A stretch of 64,000 bases of DNA, taken from the NCBI GenBank assembly GCA_951406725.2, contig OX597815.1:209312001-209376000 (forward strand), given 5' to 3'. Of this stretch, positions 53,045-64,000 are shown one piece after another. Position numbers and translations under genes: made by a program. Position 1 is the stretch's first letter, and each line of letters begins with the position of its first letter. Source of the stretch: Octopus vulgaris (taxonomy: Eukaryota). Below the pieces are notes generated by a model. The model saw nothing but the letters and a program-made list of their open reading frames with translations, did not search any database and was not told the origin of the DNA.

Positions 53045-53867
53045 GTGGTGGCTGTGTGGTAAGAAGCTTGCTTCTCAACCACATGCTTCCGGGTTCAGTC
53101 CCAGTGTGTGGCATGTTGGGTAAGTGTCTTCTACTATAGCATTGGGTGCTATAGTTAAAGACTATAGAAGACTTCTACTATAGCCTCATGAGTGGATTTC
53201 ATCATCATCATCATCATCATCGTTTAATGTCCGTTTTCCGCGCTAGCACGGGTTGGACGGTTCGACCGGGGTCTGGGGAGCCAGGGGCTGCACCAGGCTC
53301 CAGTCTTATCTGGCAGAGTTTCTACAGCTGGATGCCCTTCCTAACGCCAACCACTTCACAAGTGTAGTGTGTGCTTTTTACGTGCCACCTGCACAGGTGC
53401 CAGGGGGGTCCGGCATCGGCCACGATTGGTTGGAGCTTTTAACGTGCCACCGGCATGGAAGCCAGCCAAGACGGTGCTGGCAATGGCCACATTCGGATGG
53501 TGCTTTTTATGTGCCACCGGCACAGAAGCCAGTTGGGGCGGTGCTGGCATCGGCCACGTTCGGATGGTGCTTTAGGCAAAAACTGAAAGAAGGTGGCGAC
53601 CTGGTAGAAACGTTGGCACACCAAACAAATATGCTTAGCGGTATTTCGTCTGTCTTTACGTTCTGAGTTCAAATTCCACCAAGGTCGACTTTGCCTTTCA
53701 TCCTTTCGGGGGTTGATGAAATAAGTACCAGTTACGCACTGGGATTGATGTGATCAACTTAATCCCTTCGTCTATCCTTGTTTGTCCCTTCTATGTTTAG
53801 CCCCTTGTGGGGTATAAAGAAATAAGAAACTGAAAGAAGCTTGTCGTGTATATATGTATGCATGCAT

Positions 53868-53922
<55 letters not shown>

Positions 53923-54119
53923 TGTGTGTTTGTCTCCCACCACTGCATAGTGTGTTTATGTTACCATATCTTAGCAGTTTGGCAAAGAAGACCAATAGAA
54001 AAGAGACCAAGCTTTAAAAAAAGTGAAGTAGTGGGGTTGATTCATTCAACTAAAATGTTCTTCAAGGTGGTGCCCCAGCATGGCCACAGTCTAATGACTG
54101 AAACAAATAAAAGATAAAA
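53045..54119 (+). mobile_element. Family A SINE hosting family C (53200-53573, -) and family B (53593-53826, +)
   Basis: The family B copy is flanked by TSD aaactgaaagaag; the family C copy inserts after gagtggattt. Confidence 0.8.
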
Positions 54120-54120
54120 C

Positions 54121-54173
<53 letters not shown>

Positions 54174-54819
54174 ATATATGTATATAGGTATATATGTATA
54201 TATTTGGGCTTCCTGCTATATAAACAATAGAAGATTGAATATGATATGTAGATGGGCTTTTCAATTATTTTTTCCCTGTGAATTCGATATTGTTTTCTTT
54301 GATACTGTCATCAAATTAGATTACTATTTTATTTTGGTCTACTGCTCTTGTGTTTTTGTGAATCACTTGAAGTGAAATGGACAGGATGTTGCGTTGCTAA
54401 CAGAACAATAAAACGTCCATGTTGATTATCTACAGATCAATCATGAAGCAGTGTAAAAATTATTCCAGCTGGGACTATCACATCATATTTTCAGGGACTC
54501 CACATTGCTGACTACAACATTTCACTCTTTCTTGCCTTACTCTCTCCCCTATCACACTTAGAACACTCTACTCAGTGTTAATTTATATTACCATTCCAAA
54601 CACCACTACTCCTCTTTTCCTTACTACACCTCCTTAAAGCATGAAGCTGCCAATCATTGTCTCTCTTCAATTACTCCCTCCCCTTTTGTCCTATTCACTC
54701 TGTCTGAGCCATCATCCTTTTCATACTTATAATATGGCAATGTCTGCCATAGACAAATGGGAACAACAGAGCAAAGGGAGAACTATTTAGCCTTGCAGGG
54801 TACAATGCAATCTCTATAG

Positions 54820-55219
54820 TGTGCAGGAGTGGCTGTGTGGTAAGTAGTTCTTGCTTACCAACCACATGGTTCTGAGTTCAGTCCCACTGCATGGCACCTT
54901 GAGTGTCTTCTTCTATAGCCTCGGGCAGACCAAAGCCTTGTGAGTGGATTTGGTAGATGGAAACTGAAAGAAGCCTGTCATATATATGTATATATATATG
55001 TGTGTGTGTTTATGTGTCTGTGTTTCCCCACCACCAACATCACTTGACAACCGATGCTGGTGTGTTTACGTCCCTGTAACTTAGTGGTTCGGCAAAAGAG
55101 ACTGATAGAATAAGTACTAGGCTTACAAAGAATAAGTCCTGGGGTCGATTTCCTCGACTAAAAGGTGGTGCTCCAGTATGGCCGCAGTCAAATAACTGAA
55201 ACAGGTAAAAGAGTAAAAG
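54820..55219 (+). mobile_element. Family A SINE
   Basis: Full copy. Confidence 0.85.
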
Positions 55220-55655
55220 ATTAAGGTGGTGCAAAATAAAATATACTCAGTACATTTTGTGAAGCAATTAGTGTTAGGAAGGGCATGTTGTCATAGATGC
55301 CATATCAAATGAAATATAGAAGCAAGATATGGTCTCTGAACTCTTCCAGAAGTGCAGCAACTCTGAATAAGAGCTGATCTGGATTTGAACTGGGATGACA
55401 CATGCAATCCATGACAGCCTGGGAAACAGATATAAAATGTGAATGATAATGAATGACCTAGAATTACACAATCTGTTGTCTTTCATTTTGGAAGATGAAA
55501 GGGTGTGATGTCAAGGAGGTTTGTTAATTTTTTTGCATGTATAGATATCGATGTATGTATGTCTATGTCTCCGTATCAGTCCCCTCATCACCACTTGACA
55601 ACTGCTAACTCAGCAGTTTGTCGAAAGAGACCAATAGAATAAGTGCTAGGCTTAA

Positions 55656-56352
55656 CCCATATATACACCTGGTTGCGCTTTTGCAATGCAAGACCTGCTC
55701 CTACTTGTTCGGACATGAACTCACTGGGGAACATCTGACTGAGCATTCGAAATGTTCAGTAGGTAGTCGATACCCATAGCTAACAACTGCATAATGTCCT
55801 TCTTTTCCAGATTGTAAAAGCTTACCATAATGTTTAATCTAAATAGTGAAATTTTTTATTGGCATATAAGAGCACCCTCCGAGCGTGATCGTTGCCAGAG
55901 CAGCTAACTGGCTTCCATGCTGGTGGCACATAAAAAATCATCATTCGAGCGTGATCATTACCAGCGTCACCTTACTGGCACTTGTGCTGGTGGCACATGA
56001 AAAAACATTGAAGCGAGGTCGTTACCAATGCCACTGGACTGGCTCCTGTGCAGGTGGCATGTAAAAGACACCATTTGAGCTTGGCTGTTGCCAGTACCAC
56101 CTGACTGGCCCTCATGTCGGTGGCACGTAAAATTCACCCAGTATCCCCTTGGAGTGGTTGGTGGTTGGAAGGCCATTCAGCTGTAGAAACTCTGCCAGAT
56201 CAGATTGTAGCCTGGTGCAGCCATCTGGTTTGTCAGTCCTCAGTCAATCTGTCCAACCCATGCCAGCATGGAAAGCAGACGTTAAACGATGATGATGATG
56301 ATGACGATGATGACGATGATGACGATGATGATGATGATGATGATGATATGGG
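55656..56352. mobile_element. piggyBac-type MITE inside a family A SINE, itself carrying a family C insertion (~55870-56346)
   Basis: TTAA|cccatat ... atatggg|TTAA; the host SINE reads through (aataagtgctaggc|ttaa|aaaataagtcctaggg). Confidence 0.7.
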
Positions 56353-57344
56353 TTAAAAAATAAGTCCTAGGGTTGATTTGTTTGCGTTAAATCCTTTAAA
56401 ATGGTGCTCCAGCATGGCTGCAGTCAAATGATTGAAATAAATAAAAGAATAAAAGAATAAAGGAAATATTAGGAATTATATAAAAAGAAAAATTTGTTAA
56501 AATATTTTATGTATCGGAAAAGTACAACCAATTTATTGCCAATACATTTTAACAAAAACATCTTATATAGACCCCACAAGGTTCATATCAACCCTGGTTG
56601 AAAAACACTGGAGGATTCATAGTCAGCCGTGTAATATGACACAGTAGAAATAAAAATATCCAACTGAGGAATAAAAAGTCCTGATTCATGAGACCATATA
56701 AACTACGGATGTTTTATCAAACTTCTAGTAATAGACATTATTACATATGATAGCATTCATATAAATTAGCTAAGAAACTCCAGAATTTTTAGTTGAGATT
56801 TAGATGTGATATATAATCAGTTTTGCTCTTGAGAACATATATCTCTCTTCCACACATTAAACCAGAAACTGAAAGTACTTATCATATGGATGTCTGATTT
56901 ATGAAAAGATTGAGTTAAAATGTTGTATATGGAGGTCAAAGATTATAACTAGGCATTTGATTATATATTGTTTAGTTCAAGATTTGACTTTCTGTTAAAA
57001 AAAAAATATATATATATATATGTAGACACAGACAGGGTTGTGTGGTTAGGAAACTTGGCTTGTAGTCACATGGTTTTAGGTTCAATTCCATTGTGTGTTA
57101 ACTTGGGCAAGTGCCCCTGGGCCAGCAAATGCTTTATCAGTGAATTTGATTCTTAGAAACTGTGTGGAAGCCTGTGTGTATGTATGTATGTCTCTTCCAT
57201 TTTTTGATTATTATAAATCTTCCGCTGAGGAAGGAGCCAGTTTCCAACAAAGATATGAAGTTAATGTATGTATGTATGTATGTATGTATATACATACATA
57301 CATGTATGTATACATGTATGTATGTACGTATGTATGTATGTCTG

Positions 57345-57465
57345 TATGTATGTCATTATTCTGTTTATTTCAAGATTTCTTGCCAATAGAGAAAGAATCA
57401 GTTTCTAACTTGGATCTAAAGAATTTCAACATCGACTACAGAGTATTTTTTTGTTTGTATGTATG
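57345..57465 (-). mobile_element. 3' UTR end of the (CATA)n-associated R4-like family
   Basis: Matches 27228-27335; embedded in (TATG)n. Confidence 0.6.
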
Positions 57466-57545
57466 TGTATAAGTCAATAAATAACATCAGATGAATAATG
57501 TGCCATTTCACTACAGCTGTTTCTAACAAATTTTGGATTGATTAA

Positions 57546-57705
57546 GGTGCAGGAGTGGCTGTGTGGTAAGTAGCTTGCTTACCAGCCACATGGTTCTGGG
57601 TTAAGTCCCACTGCGTGGCACCTTGGGCAAGTGTCTTCTACTATAGCCTTGGGCCGACAAAAGCCTTGTGAATGGATTTGGTAGACAGAAACTGAAAGAA
57701 GCTTG

Positions 57706-57781
<76 letters not shown>

Positions 57782-57991
57782 GTTTGCGTGTCTGTGTTTG
57801 TCACCTCAACATCGCTTGACAACTGATGCTGGTGTGTTTACGTCCCCATCACTTAGCGGTTTGGCAAAAGAGACCGACAGAATAAGTACTAGGCTTACAA
57901 AGAATAAGTCCTGGGGTCAGTTTGCTCGACTAAAGGCGGTGCTCCACCAGGGCCACAGTCACATGACTGAAACAAGTAAAAGAGTAAAAGA
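57546..57991 (+). mobile_element. Family A SINE
   Basis: Full copy. Confidence 0.85.
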
Positions 57992-58359
57992 GGAGACATT
58001 GCATCATTAGAAACAATTGTTTTCATCAGGTAAATACTTGAACCACAACATGCAAAAATATTCAAAAGCCAACGATATTTACACTTTCATGATTCAATGT
58101 CCCTTGCTCTTGCCGGATTCACTTGAATCCTGATCTATTGTATGAATATATGTATGTATAAATAAATAAATAAATGGAGTTATTCCAAAGGAATAAAATT
58201 GTGTAAATCAAAGTAATCTTCTCTTCAGGGCAATGAAGAAATAAAACTCATCAATAAGACATTTTAGCCGAATTCAGTTAAAATACACCTATGGTGATAG
58301 GTACAAATGAGAATTCATTGTCAGGATATGTACGTATGTATATATATATATATATATAT

Positions 58360-58525
58360 ATTTGTTTCTCTCCATGTTTCTTTTCTGTGTATCTTTCTGT
58401 TGAAGAGCGTAGGCTCGAAACGTAAAAGACCTGTTTTATTTCTATTCCTGAGCGCCATACTAATACAATTGTTTGTTTGTACTCCACCTGCCTTCGTCTT
58501 TTGTTTATTTTCGTAAGCTTCCCGT

Positions 58526-58526
<1 letters not shown>
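58360..58526 (+). mobile_element. Second copy of the (TA)n-flanked hammerhead-like module
   Basis: ctgttgaa-gag-cgtagg-ctc-gaaacgtaaaagac; reverse complement of 10946-11115. Confidence 0.65.
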
Positions 58527-58561
<35 letters not shown>

Positions 58562-58769
58562 AGTGTGTATGTATGTATGTGTGTGTATGTATGTATGAAT
58601 GTATGTATGTGTTTGTGAATCATATTTCTGCTCCTTGCAAGGCATTTTGGACTCAAAATCAGCCTGGACAAGACTATTGTAATGTTCCAGCTTGTGCCAG
58701 GAAACCCATATGTGGAACCAACGATCTTGGTTGAAGGAACAATACTGGAATTGGTAGACCTTTGTCTTC

Positions 58770-59495
58770 CGGGGCAGCATGCTCAGCCGTTCTTACTCCC
58801 TGGATGATGAAAATCTTTCAAACAGCAGAGAGTAACTTATTCCATCATATCTCTGAGTCTCATATATGGTCCCAACATGGAATCACAAGGTGAACAAAAA
58901 TTGCTGTGTACCATGCATGTGTACTGACATCACTCCTATACTCATGTGACACATGGACCCTCTACAAATGTCATGTAAAGGTCCTTGAACGTTACCATCA
59001 GAGATGCGAGACACATTCTGAATGTTGGCTGGACCATAAAAACTCCAGATACACAGGTCCTGAGGAAAGCTGATATCCTGAGATTAGAGGTGATTGGTGC
59101 ACAAACACCAGGTATGTTGGATTGGACACCCTGTTAGAATGAATGATAGCAGGATCCCTAAACAGATGCTATATTGGAAACTTGTCAGTGGAATGCAACC
59201 CTGGCAAAACTCAAGACTTCAATTTAAGGACTATGTAAAGTCCTCATTTAAGGCCTGTAAATGCAGGAAGCTGACTAATAGAGTTATGCTTGTCATCACC
59301 ATGGAGGAAGGAAACAAATAAAGGAAGGACTCAATACATTTGAAAGAGCACATATTCTTCATGAAGAATTTTAGTGTGTTGCTCAAAAATGGCCTACTAG
59401 TGTAATGAATGGGAAAAGCTTGATCTGCAGTGTTTGCAGTCATGTGTATCTGTCAAGAGCAGGGCTCATTAGTCGCCAACAGAGCCATAAATAAA
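58770..59495 (+). mobile_element. Decayed RTE (BovB-like) LINE 3' region
   Basis: TKIAVYHACVLTSLLYSCDTWTLY, WIGHPVRMNDSRIPKQMLY, terminal CSVC..SRAGLIS. Confidence 0.8.
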
Positions 59496-59575
59496 AAGTA
59501 TAAGGTAGTCTTGAGCACAAATCTTCCTAAAGGTCAGTAATGGTTTTCCTTGGTCATGAGTGGATGGCCATCATC

Positions 59576-59678
59576 ATGTATGTATGTATATATGTATGTA
59601 TGTATGTATGTAGGTATGAATGCATATATGTATATATGTATGTATGTATGTATGTATGAAGGTATGAATGCATATATG

Positions 59679-59709
<31 letters not shown>

Positions 59710-59764
59710 ATGTATGTATGTATGTATGTATGTATATATGTATGTATGTATGTATGCATGTATG

Positions 59765-59798
<34 letters not shown>

Positions 59799-59872
59799 TG
59801 TATGTATGTATGTATGCATGTATGTATATATGTATGTATGTATGTATGCATGTATGTATATATGTATGTATG

Positions 59873-59906
<34 letters not shown>

Positions 59907-60072
59907 TGCATGTATGTATATATGTATGTATGTATGTATGCATGTATGCATGTATGCATGCATGTATGTATGTATGCATGTATGCATGTATGTATGTATG
60001 TATGTATGTATGTGTGTATGTATGTATGTATATATGTATGTATGTATGTATGTAGGTATGAATGCATATATG

Positions 60073-60104
<32 letters not shown>

Positions 60105-60124
60105 AAGGTATGAATGCATATATG

Positions 60125-60186
<62 letters not shown>

Positions 60187-60220
60187 TGTATATATGTATG
60201 TATGTATGTATGCATGTATG

Positions 60221-60254
<34 letters not shown>

Positions 60255-60653
60255 TGTATGCATGTATGTATATATGTATGTATGTATGCATGTATGTATA
60301 TATGTATGTATGTATATATGTATGTATGTATGTATGCATGTATGCATGTATGCATGCATGTATGTATGTATGCATGTATGCATGTATGTATGTATGTATG
60401 TATGTATGTGTGTATGTATGTATGTATATATGTATGTATGTATGCATGCATGCATGCATGCATGCATGCATGTATGTATGTATGTATGTATGTATGTATG
60501 TATGTATGTATGTATGTATGTGTGTATGTATGTATGTATGTATGTATGTATGTATGTATGTATGCATGCATGCATGCATGCATGTATGTATGTATGCATG
60601 CATGCATGTATGTATGTATGTATGTATGCATGTATGCATGCATGTATGCATGC

Positions 60654-60684
<31 letters not shown>

Positions 60685-60968
60685 CATGTATGTATGTATG
60701 TATGTATGCATGTATGTATGTATGTATGTATGTATGTATGCATGTATGCATGCATATGTGTCTCTGTATGCATAAAAGCATGCATGCCTGTATGTATGTA
60801 TGAATGTATGTAAGCATGCATGCATATATGTATGTATACATATGTGTACATATGTATATATGTATATCTGTGTGTATGTATGTGTGTATGTATGCATGTG
60901 TGTACATATATATGTATATATGTATGTACGCATGCATACATGTATGTATGTATGTATGTATGTATGTA
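59576..60968. repeat. 1.4-kb (TATG)n/(CATG)n array with higher-order duplication
   Basis: Variant markers taggtatgaatgc/gaaggtatgaatgc recur about 440 bp apart (59611 and 60053). Confidence 0.9.
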
Positions 60969-61856
60969 GTCATGGCTGGTGTATGTCTTTATATTCATTC
61001 CCTGCCACTGCTTAACAACTAATGTTGGTTTGTTTGCATCCCTGTAACTTATCGATTGTGATTCAGCAAGCGGGATTGATAAAATAGGTAACCAAATTTA
61101 CATATCAAGTACTGGAGTCAATTTGTTTGACTGAAACCTTCAAGGTGATGCTCCCACATGGTTGCAGTTCAACTACTAAAACAGGTAACAAATAAAAAAT
61201 GTAAGATATTGCTTAGCCAGAGGGCAAATGGTTGCATCCACAATCCTTTTCAAAGCTTCTGAGTCTAGGCGGATGAAAAAAAAAGGGCTGAGGTGTTCTC
61301 GAACTGAAGGCTTGGACCAAATACTTGTCTCACAGGAATCATTGTATTTAAGACCAGGAGATGGAGTCTCTTGGGCAATGCATTGTGTCTATTATCCTAT
61401 GTACTAAGCTTATTCAACAATGATTTTTGTTACATTCTAGAAAAAAATCACTTTTAAAATCACTTCAATAGAATATTTATTCATAGTTCTTAAATTAGAA
61501 ATTAGAAAAAAAACAAGTGTAATTCATTCCAGAAAAATTTCTCTCTTGTCAAATATGTCTCAAAAAATCTTAATTAAAATATTAATACATCAGAATTTAT
61601 GACTTAAAACCATTGATATTTTCCCCAGAGAATACTAAGGCTTCATCATATGTCTATCTAGGGAGAAATCGCCTCATTTCTTCTGATATTCTCTCATCAG
61701 ACATTTCATTTGTTTTCTGCTTTTCTAATTTTGTCATCTGATTTTAGTTTTATTTTTCCTCATTCTTTTTCTTCAGTGCTACATTGAAAGATTCTTCAAC
61801 CAAATAGATAATACAATAAAAAATAATTGAAAAATTCATAAATCATTCATATATAA

Positions 61857-61887
<31 letters not shown>

Positions 61888-62022
61888 TATGGTGGTGTTC
61901 CAGCATGGCCACAGCCTCAAGGATGAAACATAAAAAAGAATAAAAGAATATATATATATAGAAAAATATAGATATATATATAGATACATATATACATACA
62001 CACACACATACATACATAAATG

Positions 62023-62055
<33 letters not shown>

Positions 62056-62231
62056 ATATATATTAGAAAATATATCAGCCATAATAATAATAAATATATG
62101 TATATACCTTTATGCATATATATGTATATATATAGATATATGTGTGTGTATATAAATATATATATATACATATATATGTTAAATTATTATTACGGGGTTT
62201 TTTTTTTTTTTTTTTTTTTCCTATGTTAATT

Positions 62232-62604
62232 TTTTGCAAAAGGGATTTGAAGTCCTGCAACATCAATATTAGCGGTTGGGAGGCAGTCGCCGGCAACCGT
62301 GGAGAATGGCGACGTACAGTAAAAGAGGGAATACAAAGGAGTGACAGAGAGAGAGAGAGGAGAAATGGAAAGAAAAGAAGAGACGTAAACAAGAGACTAT
62401 GGCACTACAACCAGCCAGGAACAGTCTTCGCTATATTTGCGGTACCTGCCAGAGGGAGTGTTTGTCCAGGATAGGACTACACAGCCACAGCAGGAAATGT
62501 ATCAGGACATGGAATATAAAAGCCGGACTAGACTACAAAAAAAAAAAAAAAAAAATGTGCAACTCCATTGTCTCCCGAGACAGAAAGGATGCCAATACCA
62601 ATAC
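62232..62604 (+). mobile_element. RTE (BovB-like) LINE 3' end
   Basis: CKRDLKSCNI..WEAVAGNRGEWR; YICGTCQRECLSRIGLHSHSRKC; tail hairpin tgtctc-cc-gagaca then ccaataccaatac. Confidence 0.85.
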
Positions 62605-62635
<31 letters not shown>

Positions 62636-62641
62636 CATATA

Positions 62642-63018
62642 CACTACCGTCAGAAATTAATTAGCACCCTTGATTTGCTCTTCACTCAAGGTATGTGCTG
62701 TCACCTAGTGGCCATATCTCGAACTATTGCTTTGTTGCGAGTTCACTGTTGCGCAGAACGATGACGTAACTTTGTTTGCAGAGCAGTTTGAGAGTCTACA
62801 GCCTTATGATGTTGACATAGCAGTGCAACAACTTGGAGTGCGGATGCAGACAAATCTTCCTTTGTTTAATAGATATAGGTAGCGCCTCGCAAGGACCGAA
62901 ATCACACCATACTAAGTTTTCTCATCGCGTAAGACGTTTTGAACAGCTCATATGTTAATTGATTTAACCTATTTAATGTAGAAATTTGAGAAGTGCTAAT
63001 TAATTTCTGACGCAAGTG
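62642..63018. mobile_element. Tc1/mariner-type MITE
   Basis: TA|cactaccgtcagaaattaattagcac ... gtgctaattaatttctgacgcaagtg|TA (26-bp TIR, 2 mismatches). Confidence 0.85.
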
Positions 63019-63070
63019 TATATATATACACACATATATATATATAAAATACATATACATGCACATACAC

Positions 63071-63108
<38 letters not shown>

Positions 63109-63133
63109 ATATATATTTATACTAACATATTTA

Positions 63134-63183
<50 letters not shown>

Positions 63184-63239
63184 CATACATATATACATAT
63201 AGATATATATCTATTAGAAAATATATCAACCATAGTAAT

Positions 63240-63290
<51 letters not shown>

Positions 63291-63317
63291 GTATAATTTA
63301 GAACAATCACTAAGTTG

Positions 63318-63387
63318 TCATTAATATACTCAGAGTTTCGAATGTTGGAGTGAAGAGCTACGATGCATTGTCATCGGCTATTAATAG
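63318..63387 (-). ncRNA. Degenerate hammerhead ribozyme-like motif
   Basis: Minus strand: attaatag-CCGATGA-caatg..cattc-GAAAC-tctga-GTA-tattaat. Confidence 0.4.
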
Positions 63388-63544
63388 CAATAGATGCCAT
63401 GAAAACCTGTTGAATAAAAGGGAAGTTACTCTAATAGGTAGAAAACCTCTGAGTACTATAATGACAACTTAATGGTTGTTCTTAAATTATACATATATGA
63501 ATAATCCTGTACCTAATATCAATCTCTCATTCTTTTGTTGTCAC

Positions 63545-63600
<56 letters not shown>

Positions 63601-64000
63601 GAGTGAGCGAGCAGAGCATGCCATCAAAGTGACACTGGGGTAAAATATACGAAGCCCAGTATACCCATCATGACTACCCGTCTGATAAGGGTACACCAGG
63701 CACATGCATCACAACCATATGTGCGCGACATGGTGATCTCATATCAAGATAAACAGCACATGACCTTGCAGGTGGAGCCCAGTTAGAATTTTCTTCAGAT
63801 CGAGTAACCCATCCCGCTCAAAAGGTCCCTGAATAAGGGTTGTTTAAGGACGTTGAACGAAACACCCATGTTTCCAGAGGTGAATTATTCAAACCCCAAA
63901 GAATCCTTCTCAACACATGGCTATGATGCTCCCCCACTACTTCTGCTCGTGATCAGAGATGCACATATCGTCAGCCACTAAGGGACATGCTCAACTGGTT
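63601..64000 (-). mobile_element. Probable retroposon with (TAA)n tail, runs off the window
   Basis: Abrupt GC-richer sequence abutting a (TTA)n tract; family not identified. Confidence 0.35.

Noticed and set aside
57222-57250. CTGAGGA as a hammerhead core
   Set aside because: No downstream GAAA or helix II.

Overview
This is an AT-rich, extremely repeat-dense eukaryotic window with no convincing intact host gene. The SINE and microsatellite repertoire looks like an octopus or other coleoid cephalopod genome; this is inferred from repeat appearance, not from a search. Most of the ORF track is translated (TA)n/(CA)n/(TATG)n/(CAT)n microsatellite. Interspersed repeats: three or four abundant SINE-like families, 3' fragments of CR1, RTE and R4/Dong LINEs, and a decayed near-full-length Penelope-like element (PLE, about 47.15-50.75 kb) with an inverted terminal copy and a nested solo LTR. 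DNA elements: decayed mariner, DD37D (maT) and hAT transposases, several MITEs and a non-autonomous Helitron. There is also a U6 snRNA pseudogene. The most interesting signals: (1) several unrelated short modules carrying minimal hammerhead-ribozyme cores, each pointing into a (TA)n tract; (2) two R4/Dong-type families with a shared 3' terminus but apparently different microsatellite targets (TAA vs CATA); (3) a CR1 LINE-SINE pair with a compensatorily changed 3' stem-loop; (4) a SINE inserted twice at the same nucleotide of another SINE; (5) an unexplained four-hairpin element. Boundaries of degraded repeats are approximate and were read by eye.
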